Shown here: positions 37,370 to 51,259 of the stretch, piece after piece | Layout: every line of letters starts with the position of its first letter | How positions within the stretch are numbered: the first letter of the stretch is position 1 | The notes under the pieces: generated by a model | Told to the model about the DNA's origin: nothing | The model's input: only the letters and a program-made list of their open reading frames with translations | Databases searched by the model: none | Assembly (NCBI RefSeq): GCF_018350175.1 | Contig: NC_058386.1 | Location: forward strand, 89,838,001-89,902,000 | Direction of reading: 5' to 3' | DNA: 64,000 nucleotides | Origin: Felis catus | Lineage: Eukaryota | Position numbers and translations under genes: made by a program

Positions 37370-37650
37370 GCACAATGGAATCACTGGGCATTTTGTAGAA
37401 ATACAGATACAGTGGCTCTTATAACTCTCAGAGAGTCTGATTGAGTGAGTCTGAATTGGGGCCTGGAATCTGCATGCTGATAAATATCACTGGTGATTTT
37501 GACAAGGTGCCTGGTTAGGGAACCCACTGAGACAGACCTTCTCATTTTACTGGAAGCCAACTGAGGCCCAGAGAGGGTCAGCAACTTGCCCCAGGTCACA
37601 CAGCAAGTCATGGCCTGAGTTAGAGCTGGAAGTCAGGTTTCTTTCCACTG
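37370..37650. mobile_element. MER5-like element followed by a MIR
   Basis: tctgattgagtgagtctg..ggggcctggaatctgcat; actgaggcccagagagggtca. Confidence 0.7.
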
Positions 37651-38609
37651 TATTGCTTCTGGGAATATCTGCCATTGTGACTAGTCAGTCACTAGTTAGC
37701 GAGAGCCTTGGCATGCAGAGAAAGACCTTAAATCTCACGGCAGAGACCAGCTCCCCACCCTGCCCATAGGTAGGGGACAGGAAATGCTAAAAAGTTGTTT
37801 TACCTTTTTTACAAGCAGTCAATTTCCTGCAGGGTTTAGAAGAGAAGCAACGAAGTACACACCACGTATAGTAGGAGAATAAGAACGTGCCAATACCTTC
37901 GGCTGTGACTGTCCATGGAAAGAAGCCAAGTGAAATAATAGAGGCAATTATCTACCTATTTTGTTCGAACACTTTGACCGAAAATCTCCTGGTGACTGAG
38001 GGAAAATATGATCTTTAAAAAATGTCACTTCAAGTAGCCTGAAACACTTCAACTACCATTTTAATTCCTCTCTCCCCACTCCTGGGCGCCTGTCTCTTGT
38101 TGGGGGGAAGGGACGTGAAAACGTGGACAGTCTCAGGAAATGTAGCTGCTCCACGAGTAACTGAATGAAAACAATGCTGGATTTCTTTATTTAGAATGGA
38201 CGCTTCCTAGTTTGGTTCCTAAGTGGCAAATCTGCCTGCCCTCTGCCCCCGGTGCGAGGTATCTCAGCAGAGATCAGCAGGTATTGGCCTATTTATAAGT
38301 AGTGGGGCTCCCACGGGCCACTGCACTCCTATCCGTGAGCAAGAGGTTGAGGGGCTTATTGGAAAGGGCAGGTGGCACGGCGCAGACAGTTCATCTTGGC
38401 GCGGGTCGGGGAAGGTGGTTCAAGGCACCAGGGGATGAAGCGACAGCAAGCTCAGTTGCGGATCGTTGCCATGAAAGTCAGCACCCCTGGGACCTCCAAC
38501 CTCTGCCCAGCTCCGCCACCACTGATTTGTTACGCGACCCCGAGCCAGGCTCTTTCGGTCTGTGGGCCTTGCTTCATCGTCTCTGGGGACGGGGACACAC
38601 TGCTTAACA

Positions 38610-40370
38610 CATGGTGCCATTGATTGTGACAACTGGCCCTGCCGTCAGAAAAAAATAAAGCGGAATGTCTGGCTCACTCCTTATTCCAAAATAGATTCCA
38701 TCTGAGTCCAGGATTTAGATTTTAAAAACAGAAATCGCCGAAAGATCGGAAGAACGCACAGGAGGATATTTTTTAAGTATCGAGGGAGGAAGTCTTTGCA
38801 AGGCAAGAAGAGACCCTAGGAGCTATAAAGGAGAAGCATGACAGATATGACGACGCAAAAACTGAACCACTTCAGCGGGCGAAAGTTACCTCAGGCAAAG
38901 CTGCAAGGGCAAGCCAGGATAAAGTCACACACAGAAGGCGGACAGAGGTTTACTATTCATAATATCTTAAGAGGAAGTGCATAATATCTTATAGGAAGTG
39001 CAACTGTTTTCTTTGTAGCACTCACCGTGATCCACTCTACTCACATGAAAGCTGAGTGTTGGCTTATTCACCACTGAATTCCTAAAGCTAGGGCCATGTC
39101 TGGCACACAGTAGGTGTTCAATAAACACGTGTTGAAGGAATGAAAGCATGAGCTTCTGGCGGTCAGTGAGAACGCGACGAACAAGGCCATGAGGGATATG
39201 GTCAGAGCATAGCAAACAAGCAATTCGCAGGCGAGACACAAAGGACTTAGGCCGGATGAAAGTGTTCACAACCTCAGTGATAATTAAGTAGTAATGATAA
39301 TGCAAATTAAAACAGCATTTCGGCAATCGAAATGTCACTTCTCACCTTTCGGGTCGGCAAAAATTTAGAAGGTTGCTAAAACCCTGCGTTTGTGAGACTA
39401 TGGTGAAACAGGCACGCGGATCCGTTCTTGGGGCACGTCTAAATAAGCGCAATGTCTGGAGAGCCACTTGAAATATTGTTAGACCCAGCAAAGTTTTCTT
39501 TTAAGGAGTTTATCCTTTTGAGATGTTCTGTGTCTGGGGTTCATTTAGACCTTGTTCGTAGAGAGCAAAAAACTGGAAAGAACTTCAATGACCTCCATGC
39601 CGCACTGGTTGGATAAGTGATAGTACATCGAAATAATGGCATACGAGCGGGCACCTGGGTGGCTCAGTCAGTTGAGTGTCCGACTTCAGCTCAGGTCATG
39701 ATCTCGCAGTTTGTGAGCTCGAGCCCCGCATCGGGCTGCGTGCTGACAGCTCTCAGCCTGGAGCCTGCTTCAGATTGTGTCCCCAGCTCCTTCTGCCCCT
39801 GCCCCGCTCTCTCTCTCTCTCTCTCTCTCCCCAAAATAAATAAATGTTACAAAAATAAACAATGGTATATGAAGTTTCACTGCGCTAATGATTAAGAAGT
39901 GGGTTCTGTTGCCACACTGGGTAGGCTTGACTTCTTCCTGTAGCCTTTGTAAGCTGTGTGACCTTGCTTAAGTTTCTAAACCTCAGGGTGCCTCAATTTT
40001 CTCATCTGTAAAATGGGAAAAATAATCACACCTTCTTGGTGAAGTTGTGAGGAGTACTGAAGCTAATCCAAATGAAATACTTAGCACAGTAGCCAGCACA
40101 GAGCATTCAGTGTAGCAACGATGTTTCCAATATAGTATGGCAGCAAAAGCAAGCTGCAGAAGAATTAGTATAGTAGGATCTGATTTCTGTTAAGGGTATT
40201 ATATATTATACATAGGAAAAAAATCTGGAAGAATAGACAGAGTGTCAACAGTGGTTACCTCTGGGGAACGGTATGGAGGAGGCGGATTTTCACTTCGGTG
40301 AAATGATTAGAATTGTTTGAAACAAGCATGTGTTACTTTTATAATAAACAAAAGATGTAAAGGGAAAAAA
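38610..40370 (+). mobile_element. Ancient L1ME-like 3' region interrupted by L2 (about 39000-39145), CAN-SINE (39649-39858) and MIR (about 39900-40110)
   Basis: aatgcaaattaaaaca; aacagtggttacctctgggga. Confidence 0.7.
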
Positions 40371-40420
40371 AGCTCCATTTGGAAGTCTGAGGACAGTTAA
40401 TCCCCCCAAGCCTCACATCT

Positions 40421-40441
40421 CCCCCCCCCCCCCCCCCCCCC
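40421..40441. repeat. C21 homopolymer
   Basis: Direct reading. Confidence 0.95.
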
Positions 40442-40728
40442 GCGTCATTGGCTACAGCCCAAACGTGAGTCGCCCTGCCGGTCATCTGTCCTCTCCCATA
40501 GCATCCCCATCCATTCTCCTCTTTGCTCCCATTCCCCCCCTACCCCTGACTCATCTGTCTCCCTACTACTGCCCTCTCCTATCCTTCTTCGCACCCTCTG
40601 GAATCTCACCCCCCCCCCCCCGCCCCCGGCCTCGCGGGGAAACAATCCCCAGGACAGTGAGTGTTCTCTACCTTGGCGCCTGCGAGTGCTGAAACCTGTC
40701 TCCACGGAAGGGCTCACGGCTTTGCCTG

Positions 40729-40747
40729 CTGCGCCCTCTAGTGGACA
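40729..40747 (-). promoter_or_regulatory. CTCF binding motif
   Basis: Reverse complement TGTCCACTAGAGGGCGCAG is near the CTCF core consensus, in a locally CpG-retaining stretch (40.44-40.8 kb). Confidence 0.75.
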
Positions 40748-40799
40748 GTTCTCACGCCGCAGGCACCCCAGGGCTGGGAGGTGGGGTCTGTGCTCTCGC

Positions 40800-42730
40800 T
40801 TCCCCTGTTTGCTTCCAGACCGTTACTCCTCCGCCTTCAGCCAAGAACTCCTCCTTCACATGCCATCTGGCTACAGCACCCTCTTCTCTCCTCTCCTCAT
40901 CGACCCTTCTTCTTCACCACCCCCTCCTGGCCAAACCACCCTCCCTCACCCTTGCAACGAAGAGTTCGACATCTGGCTCACTGTCTTCTTCTTCACCCCA
41001 AGTCCTGGCATCATTCTGGGTGAGTTTGACATCCATGATCCATGTGCAGGACACACCCCCGTTCTAACGGTACCATAATTCCATCATCGGTCAGACCTGT
41101 TCCATCTCAGCACCCCCTGCCACCCACATCCCGTCCACTGACCCCTAAAGCTCATCCTTTTTACCCCAGGACGATCTCTGGACTCTCGAGCCCCCCTTCA
41201 TTCTCCCACCCAGTCAGCGGCTCCCACCTCACTCCCTTTCCTGTCCATCCTTGAAACTGATGATGATAATGATGATGATGATGATGATAAACATAATAAT
41301 GAATATGTATGTGCCAGGCACGTCTTATACCATCGCTTCAATAATCTCCTGTAACTCTCAAAGTAAGTTTATAAGACAGGTACTGTTTGTTGTCTTTTCT
41401 TTTCTTTTACTTTTTCTTTTTTTTTTTTTACTGAGTTGACGGGGGCTCAGAGGGGTTGAGTGACTTACCCAGAGTCCCACAGCAAGTACTGGACAGAGAT
41501 GAGATTTGAAGCCAGCTCTGTTTGCCTAACTCCTGGAATGTAGACTTCAGGATCTTGCCTGTATCCTAAACTCCCTTGCCCCGTGTCTTTCTGACACATC
41601 CACTAGGCAAAAACCCAAGCCTGGATAAATTTAACTGACAGCCTCCTCCTCTGTGCTTACACCCAGATGGAGGAACACTGCTGGAGAAAATCCCATCACT
41701 TTGTTGATTAGTCCTACTCGAAAGTCATAGTTTCCAACCTCAGCTGGGCCCTCGACTCAGCTAAACAACCCTTCTAACTTTCAAACTTTCTCCACTGCCC
41801 TCTGGAGTCAGACTGTCTGGGTTAGAGTCCTGCCTCGGCCACCTCCATGCTCCATTCCGTGCCTGCCTTTAAGGAAGGGTGAGGTGGAAGGAAAGGGAAT
41901 GAGGGGGAAGGGGAAGTAACATGTGTCGAGTGTCTCCCGGGCAGCAGCCACTATGCCAGGCGTTTTGCATGCAGTGTCTCGTGGAATCTTCCCAACAGCT
42001 CCACCGGGAAGATGCTCTGGTTATTCTCGCTTTACAGAGGAGGAGAGAGACTAAGGCACAGAGAGGTTAAGTCACCTACTAAGGTGACGCAGCGTGTAAG
42101 TGGAGAAGCCCTCTCATTCATTTACACCCTCCTTATCTTGATCGATTGCTGTGACAGCCTGCTAAGTGGTCCCCTGTTACCTGTCTCATGTCCTCTCATC
42201 TACCCTCCGCTCTGTGGCTGGGGCAGTCTTTCTAAGATGTACATCTGTCTGACTGTGCTACTACCCTGCTGAAAATCCTTCCGAAGTTCCCCCACAGTCT
42301 TCAGAACGAAACCGAAACCTTTCGTCTTGATGATTTGCCCCCCTCCTCCTTCCTTTCTTGCTGCGTCCACTGTCATCTGCCTATGATCCAGCCATTCTGA
42401 GCTATTTTTGGCTAGCTGATGACACCTTGTTTTTCTCTGACTTCATGCCTTTGTATACGTTCTGCCTGGTCTCCCCTGCCCCCCGCACCCCTTACCTGCC
42501 CACCTTTAGGTGGATGCTCCTTTCACTGCGTTCATGTATTGATCCTAGTGTGCTGTAACTTCCTGCTGACTTGTCTGTTTGCCCCACTAAACTGGGAGCT
42601 GCTCGAGGGCGAGGACTGTGACTTAGTCATCTCCATCCCGTACTCCCCAGGGCATAGCACCAGAGCCTGGTGAAATCCATGTTTGTCGAATGACTGACTG
42701 ACTGACCGAAGGAATGAATGAATGGAGTGA
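40800..42730 (+). mobile_element. Long L2 retaining endonuclease-region sequence, interrupted by MIRs and (ATG)n
   Basis: PPG..EEFDIWLT..PGIILGEFDIH (cf. IILGDFNIH) at about 40920-41036; aaaacccaagcctggataaat..gctggagaaaat at about 41610-41690; L2 3' end with tgaatgaa at about 42720. Confidence 0.8.
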
Positions 42731-44250
42731 ATGAGGGAGAAAAAAGCCCTCACTTGGAAAGTTTAGTGACATGAGCTGTATGGTATCTGGTTCTTGGCTG
42801 AAGCCGCTACAGTTTTTTCCTATGACTACAGTGCTGTAAAAATATGTCTGCACGTGGATAAAGACTGGAAGAGAACTTTCCACACAAAATTAAGAGTTGT
42901 GTTAGAGTTGGTGAGTTGATGGATGCTTTTTTTTCCCCCTGTTTTCAAAATGTTCTTTGGTGCTGCTTTCTGAATGTTTTGGCAATGTAGCAGACATTGT
43001 AGAAATAGAATCTGTGGCTCCCACGGAGGAATCGACAACCAATGTGTATCGATGCCCAGCGGACCCTGCTGGGTTCTGGGTGCTGTGGGGAGGGTGGTGG
43101 GTAGAAGCGACTCATTCTGACTCAGGTTCACATGGCCAGGAGTCTTGCCAATTCAGTTGGATTTGCTGGAATAAAATGAGAACTTTCAAGAATTTTCCAA
43201 GCTCCTGGGTTGAGGTATTTTTTTTTCTCCCAAAGCTGGGCAGCAAACAAAGATGGCTTTTGTTTGCAGTAAAATACTCATTCCTTCGATGTTGTCCTGC
43301 AAAGTGACTTCTGCAGCTTTGGGGTGGCGGGGGGTGTGGGGGGGGGAGTCAGATCTGCTGAGGGGGGAAACTGATTGCCCATGCTTGCGTTGTTTAGAAA
43401 TGACCAAACATGTTTCCCCTTTCTGGCTCTCGAATACGATGTTTAGGAATTTCATTGGCAAAACGATGAAATCGTTCCTTTACTGCGGTAGAATTTCCAA
43501 AACTACATGTCGTGTGTTAACCCAGAAGAGGCAAAAAAAAAAAAAAAAAAAAAAAGGGAAATAGCACTCTCCAAGATTCAAATGATGAGTACCCTGCCTC
43601 TGCGTCCATGACTTGGGAGCTATCTCATTTAAATGTTGCAATAGGCTTTGGAGGAAGCACCGTTGCTATCCCCACATTAGACATGGCAAAAGCGAGGTTT
43701 GGAGACACTCAGCTCTGAGATCAGGCGCCTGGGGTTGGAAGCAGACTTCAGCTGTCGCCATGGGCAAACTCTAACCGTTTGGCTACCTTGCCTCTAGGCC
43801 AGTCTTGCTAACGGAGGGACAGAGGTGTGCATTTATTTTTATTTAACAAGCAGTCGTAGAATGCACAAGGAGGTTAAGACACAGGCAGGCTAGTACGAGA
43901 CAGAGCCAGAGTTACAGTCCAGGCAGCCATGTTCTGGTGTCGGGCTCTTAGCCTTGACCCCTGCCGGACAATATACTATTCTTTGTGCCCTGTCTGCACA
44001 GCTCTGGCTCAGACACACTGAAGACGAGGGCTTCTTTTCATAGTTTCAAAACGGGTTTGTGCTTTTTGGAGTATGTTTCCTCCAGAAAGCCCTGTGTTCT
44101 TCTCTCAGTGGGCTTGCAGAGCTGGGGGCACAAACACATACCTCTATCCTTCCCTAGCAAGGCTAATGTAGAGACAGGGTATTCCAGTGGTTAGGGCTTG
44201 CCTATGGCACCAGCTGAACTGTGCTTTGAAGCACAGTCTCATGATTTTGA

Positions 44251-44262
44251 ATATTTATTTTG

Positions 44263-44293
<31 letters not shown>

Positions 44294-44464
44294 GAGAGCA
44301 GGGGAGGGGTAGAGAGAGAGGGAGAGAGGGAATGAATGCCAAGCAGGCTCCACACTGTCAGCATAGAGCCCAGCATGGGGGCTCGATCCCACGAACTGTG
44401 AGATCATGCCCTGAGCCGAAACCAAGAGCCGGACGCTCAACCGACTGCGCCACCCAGGGGCCCC
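44251..44464 (-). mobile_element. CAN-SINE
   Basis: TSD ctcatgattttg. Confidence 0.95.
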
Positions 44465-45480
44465 AAGCCTCATGATTTTGGAGCTGACCGTGTCTGAACC
44501 TGAGTTTTACTGTCTCTGCTACAGGAGAAGGGAGCTTTCTCCTGACACCTTCATTTGCTCACCATTTTCGGTGTTTGGGGGAGAGGTGGGTTTCCTCAAC
44601 AGCTAGGCCCTGGGTGGGTGAGGGCTTTTGCATGTCCCTTCAGGAATCAAACCCACTTGTTCTCATTGGGCACAGACGTCAGGATAACACCCTTCGAAGG
44701 CAATCCGCTCAGAGTCGCCAGGAGCAGAGAGAGCGTTCTGCCCTACCCAACTCGTCCCCCCTCCACTCGTCCCCACCACTTGCTATCTGTCTTCACCACC
44801 GGGCTCCCATTCCCCAGAGCCACTGAGACAATGGCGGCCTGGCTGCTCAGCTCCGAGGGAGGAGGTGTTGAAGGGGCAGAGGCCCAACCCACCCGCTTGA
44901 AAGCTTCGTTTGACAGGGGAGGAGGCACATCTGGTTTGGGTTTTCAATTCAATTCAACAAGGATTTATTGTGGGCCTGCCAGCTGCAGAGGTTCTGGGCT
45001 AGGCTAGGCAGGGAGAGATGCACAGATAAGTAAAATATTGTCTGTGCCCTTAAAGGAATTTTCTAGGTTGTAGGGCAGTGTAGACCTGAAGTGAGCAATT
45101 TTGAAGCAAGGAGCGCCGTGCCGAGTGGTTTACCTTGAGTACGTTATGTCACGTCGTTAGGAAGTGATGGATCCCCGCCTGGGACCTAGATACAACTGAG
45201 TCCCAAGCCCACTTTCTTACCCATGACTTCACCCTGCTTCCCGGAGGTGAGGAAGGGGCTCATGATGGGTAGCACTTACTGAGCCGCATAGGCCAAGTCT
45301 TGTGTTGAGTGGGCTGCAGATACTATTATTTTATTGGCCACTTCCAATATCCCATTGAGGCAGGTTGTGATCCCCTTTTCCAGAAGAGGAAACTGAGGTT
45401 GCCTAGGGACGGGATGGGGTTGGAATTTAAACCTAGGTTATTCTAGCCCGCCAGCCTATAGCATAAAAGAGCCAGGCCCA

Positions 45481-45709
45481 GGGGCGCCTGGGTAGCTCAG
45501 TCAGTTGAGCATCTGACTTCGGCTGGGGTCATGATCTCATGGTCCGTGAGTTCGAGCCCCCCATCGGGCTCTGTGCTGACAGCTCAGAGCCTGGAGCCTG
45601 CTTCGGATTCTGTGTCTCCCTCACTCCCTGCCCCACCCCTGCTCGCACTCTGTCTCTGTCTCTGTCTCTCTCTCAAAAATAAATACACATTAACAAAATT
45701 CAAAAAAGA
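45481..45709 (+). mobile_element. CAN-SINE
   Basis: Consensus match. Confidence 0.95.
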
Positions 45710-47079
45710 AGCAGGCACAGGGTGCCATGAGGGTTTGGGGGTGAGGCAAGAATTGTACCTGGGGTGGTGCATTGCCATGGCAGAGATGGCATTTGGATTT
45801 GACCTTGAAGGGCGAGTTGGGCTTTTGATGGGTAGACCTGGGAGAGGCGACTTCCCAGTCAGGAGGAATCTCATGAGCAGAGAGCTGAACTGTGGGGGAT
45901 TTGGAGCGAGAAGCCTGCAGGTTTGTCCAGTCCGTGGGCAGGTACCCCGGGGTGTAGGGGGAGCAACGGGAAGAAAAGTGGATGCCCCTGAGGGCTTTTA
46001 CATTTTCATCAGGTGGAACTTCTTGTGTTTCAATTAAGAGCAGGTAACTCTCCCCGAAAGGCATTTCAAACCATACTGTCACAGTAACTCAGGAGGAAGA
46101 GCTCCTGTGTGTGCCGAGAGCCGTGGGGGGACAGAAAAGAAAGCACCGTGGTCCTCGAATGTGCGCTGAGGGCCCCCGTGTGGTTGGGGAGACGAGATAC
46201 ACACACAGGAAATAGCAGCAGCCAGCCCAGGCAGTTTGATATCGGGGCCAAATGAGATGTCCCAACGGTCAGATTTCCAGGAACACGAAGATGGGGAGCG
46301 GAGAAGGGGGGTGGGTGTTGGGAGGGGCTGCCTGGGGACGCTTCACCAGGAGACTGGGGTTGGGCTTTGAGGGCTATTTTAATAGGCGTGGATGAAGAGG
46401 AGGGCAGGCAAGCTGAAGACCAGGTAGAACTACCAGTGTGGCCCGCACAAAGGGCCCTGCGGAGGCCTCCCTTCCCACGCAGACCCCTCGGCCCCCATCC
46501 ACGTCTCGACCTCTGGGAGTCTATTAGGGAAGGTGCTTCTGTATGGGGTCAGAGACAGCCTGTGGGTGCTGGGAAACAGGGCTGGGCACCCGATATTCCT
46601 GACCTTCCAATTTTCTACACTGAGCCTCGATTCCTGGCAGCTCCCCCGGCTGCTGAATTGTATGTGGATGTGTGAGCCGTATTTTAAATTAAGCGGTGAG
46701 TGCTTTCAGCTCATCGTAAACATGCTAAAAAGCTGCAGCCACGGCCTGAGCCCACCCCCGCCCGGTAGATTCAGGCGGCAGCTGGGGCCACTCGACCCCA
46801 CACTCTAATGTGTGTTGCCTATGACTCACCGATGAAAAAGACTGTATGTTTCAGTCCTCCTGGGTAGCCGATCCCTAGTCCTGGTGGGAACTCTCAGTTT
46901 GAACTGGAAGGCAAAGGGCCTCAGCCCCGCCCTACTGACTGAGAATCTTACAACCTATGGAGCGCCTACTATGTGCAGGGCATTGTGGGTAAATCCGTCA
47001 ATCTCTCTGGGTTCTCCATTCCTCATCTTCAAAATGCACGTAATGACCCTGCTTGCTCTCCCTCCCGACCAGGGCTGTA

Positions 47080-48200
47080 TGTCTCAGCCACGCTGTCCTT
47101 TTGATTTCTGGAGCGTTCTCAAAGCCTTTGCCTGCCCCTGGGCCTTTGAACGGGCTGTTCCTTCTGCCTGGACTGCCTTTGCACTTGTGCTTTTGACTTG
47201 GGAGGCTTCTTAACCTTTCAGTCTCAACTTCAATGTTACCCCCTGAGATGAGGCTTCCCTGACCACCTTAGTCCCCTTCTGACCCTCCCTAAGATTCCTT
47301 TTATTGGCAATGCTTCCTTAACCACACTTACCTCCCCGGGTAATTATGTCTGTTGTATATTTGTCTGTTTATTATCTGTCTTTCCTATGGGAATGTAAAC
47401 TCCAAGAGGACAGGGACCTTGCCTTTATGGGTCGACAATGCGTCCCTTTTGTCCGGACGGGTGCCTGGCGCACAGTAGGCTGACATAAACGAAACCATCT
47501 GGGAAATATTTTCTCCCTGGGGTTCTTGCCAGACATATGGTTACTGAGGGAAAAATCATGACAGAACTGTGTCATTCCAAATGAAAAAAAAAATCAGGCT
47601 AACGGGAGGAGTTTGTTGAGAGCAGTTCTGTTTTAGAAACCAGACCTTAGAGTCCCATCCCCAAACACAGAGTGTTATGAAAATCAAACAAAAGGAAGAG
47701 AAAGCATGAAAAAAAAAATAAGTAAAACTTTTCGCTGGGTGCTTACTATGTGCCAGGGGCTATTCTTAGTGTCCTACACAGTTTATCGAATTGAATTCTC
47801 ATAATAGCCCAATGACGTCAATTCTATTATTAGCCCCATTTTACAGATGAGGGGATTGAGGCTCTGAGATGTTAAGCGAAGAGCCCAAGGTCACACAGCT
47901 AGTGAGAGGCAGAACCAAAAGGTGAACCCAAGGCAGCCTGAATCTGAGACCGTGCAGTAACTCAACTATGCCTCCCCCCCTCCGTGGCCCCCATGACACC
48001 CTGCGGTCCCTGAGCATACTTCTCTTGAAGCACTAGTCACCCGGCGGGTGCAGGAGCTTATTTATTTGTCTATCCTTCTCACTAGACTGTGAGCTTTTCA
48101 AATGCATGCACTGGGTTGTCTTCATTTTTGCTTGCCCTGTGCCTAGCATAGAGCCTGTCCCGGAACAGGTACCAATCGATATTTGTTGAGTGAATCAATG
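47080..48200. mobile_element. L2 3' ends and a MIR (about 47730-47970)
   Basis: gaatgtaaactccaagaggacaggga; cccattttacagatgagg..tgaggctc. Confidence 0.75.
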
Positions 48201-49572
48201 AGGGAGGAGGGAGTGAATCCATGCTCCTTTATATAGGCTTGTGTTTATTTCCCTGGGTTATATTAAAACGTAGCAGCGGAAACAGGGGTATCCTGGAGCA
48301 AAGGGTCCCTCTCACCACGAGGGACAAGGAGGAGCAGCTCTGGAAAAACCAGGGCAGTCTCTAGAGCGAGGCGCTCCATTTGAAGGGTTTCATTTTGTCG
48401 TCAATGTAAAAAGAAAAAAAAAGTAGCTGGACATGTTTAGGACTTAAACAAACTTTCAGTGTTCAAATCCCATCTCAAATCCTTTGCAGAAGGAGGCAGG
48501 GTGTGGGGGAGGAGGAGGGGGGAGTTATAAATAAACAAATACCCACAAACCGGCTGGTTTTTTAAACAGAATTTGCTTCAATCAGCACTGCGCCACATTT
48601 TCCCAACTGGCCTCCGTCATGAGAACAAGTGGGAACTTTCATACTGAATGGCTTTATTTTTTTTCCGACCAGATGAATGGCAGGAGTTTTGGCTCTGGAG
48701 GCAGGTTTCAAATCCTCAGCACACAGTTTGCTGCCCTACTGTGCCCCGTCTATCACACACGCAGCGCCCTGTACAACATACCCAGTCATCACATCTGCTG
48801 CTTCAGCCCTCCAAAATAATTGGGTCATTGTTTTATTACACCAGCGAGAGAGCTGCAAGCCTGTTAGGATTATGTCATTGACATTTGCGTGAAAAGGCGA
48901 TCATGATACGCTGGTCATTTCACACAGCTGGGAATGCAACCGTGTTGTCCTTGTTTGAGGTTCTTATCCGACCCCTCTGACTTCGTTTCACAGCCCCATC
49001 AGCATAAATGGATCGCTCTGATCAGTGTCACCTTTCAAACGTTGTCTAGCCCTTCAAAGGACCATGCAGGATCTAACTGTTTTCAGGCACTTGGACTTTT
49101 CTGCTTGTAGGCACAGTGGTCTGAAGGTGAGAGATGTACACTAGAGTGTAGTGGCAGGATGCTGTAATACAGTGGCATTTGTTCGCTAACTGCTAATCAG
49201 AGCCAAGGACAGTTTTTGGCTCAAGAACAAACGAGGGCTAATGTTGTCTGTGGGGGAAGACTAGACGGTTTATGAATCAGGGTTCCATAGCGACTTCTAT
49301 TGTGCATTCGTTTCAGTAGGACCTGTGCTTTGATTGAAACTGTCAGTATGCTTAAGCTTGGGTCTCTGCTAATGAAATTCGAGCGTATTTGCTTTTATCA
49401 ACAGGTATTAAACGTGGCAGAGCATCTTAGTTCCAAACAAGGAAATGATTCGCATCGATTATAGAAGTATGAACAGAGCTCAAGTTCATGTGCCAATTTT
49501 TCCGCTGGCAATGTGGCCATTAATATAATATACTCTTTGAAGGAATGGGCTGCAGACACCTGTCTATCCCTC

Positions 49573-49678
49573 TTTTTAAATTTATTTTTAAGTCGTCTCT
49601 GCACCCAGTGTGGGGCTTGAACTCACAACCCTGAGATCAAGAGTCATGTGTTCCACTGCCGGAGCCAGCCAGGTGCCT
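49573..49678 (-). mobile_element. Short CAN-SINE
   Basis: TSD cctgtctatccctc. Confidence 0.85.
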
Positions 49679-51211
49679 CCTGTCTATCCCTCTTCTGGTC
49701 CCAGTCCCTATCAAACCAGCCCTTACCGGCCACCTTGCGGTGTGACAGGCAGAGCCAGCCCCAAAAGGGAGTCAGCGGAAGAGACAGACAGGCTTAGATG
49801 CAAATCACCTAATCCCAACCACTATGACTACAAAGAACTGAGGTTCCTGAATTTTTCTTGGGATCCGATTCCAACTCCCTTGCCTCCTGGCCGCTTTGGT
49901 ATTTGTGCTCTTCCCGGCTCCTGCTTTTGATCTGTCTTTTCTTTATGGGCGCAGCCTCTCTTTCTGTACAATGGGTTTCCCAGTGGGACCAAATGAGAGA
50001 ACATGCCCAGACCTGGCATGGTGCCCGGCAGACAGTAAGTGCTCAACAAATGGTAGTTGCCATCCACTGTTTCCTGTCCAGCTTTCTTCAGCTTCTGTTC
50101 TCCCCAGTAATGGCCCTGGACCGGAACCTGTTCCCTCCTCGGACTGGCAAGCCTGGTCACCCGCCCCTCAGACAAGCTGGGCTTCCTTCTCTGGCAGCCT
50201 TCTGTTGTCACTACCTGTTGCCATGTGGCACTCACTATAGCCAGAGGCAGACCTCTGCCAGTTGCTGACATTAGCCTATTGAATTCTGGCAGGGAAGAAG
50301 TTTGCAGGCAGGAATTTGCATGTCTGGGCCAGATACCAGACCAGGAGGCAAAGCCATATTTACCTGCCCTCCCCAGTCATGAGCAAGTCACCCACATTCT
50401 GGTTAAAACCAGATGTTTCACGCTCATGACTGCAATGCCACACGTCACACAGCGGCTTGCAAGGAACATGGAGTGGTTTTCACATCAGAAGTGTAACCTG
50501 CATGTCACTTCTCAGATTTCGGAAAAGCAGCTACCATACCTGGGAACTTTTCCCTTGCAAATGACCATGTTGTTGGGTGTCTTGTAGGGACTTTCATGTG
50601 GAAGCCCCGGGAGCACTCCCATGCTCTTTCCAAGGGGGTCTCTGACTGCTTTAATTTGCAGGGAGGTAAAATATTGGCGGAGATAAGAGATCTCCCCCAA
50701 ACTCACCTGCTCTTTGAAAATGCTCTTCAGTTGCCTTGGCAAACAGCCAACCCAAACACTAAAAAAAGAGAAAAAGTCAGGGAATGCTGGAATCCTGAAT
50801 GCTAATCTCCGTGCATGTCTAAACAAGGATGGGGGTGGTTGCAAGGTGGGGAGGGGGACAACAGAAAGAGGAAAAAAAGGCAGCTTTTGCATCCTAGGCA
50901 AGGAGCTGATTGTCCTCCTTCGTGTTTGGTCTCTCCTCTACTCATAAAGAGGAGGGGGGACATCGTGACACCAGACTTCTCTGCTAGGGTCCGCCGCTCA
51001 CCTTGAGAGGTTGTCCCGTCTGGCAGGCCACCCCAGGGTCAAGAGCGAAGCATCAGCCCAGTGAGGTCACTACCATGATTAGTTCACAAGCCCTTTGACT
51101 TAGTTATTGGTGCATCTGTTTCTACCCGTTTGGGAGGAGGCGACATAATCAAGTATACTGTATGTGTTGGAATTGTCCTTTTCGGCCCTTAGTCACATTC
51201 TGTTTTCTACA

Positions 51212-51223
51212 GTTTATTTTTAT

Positions 51224-51259
<36 letters not shown>

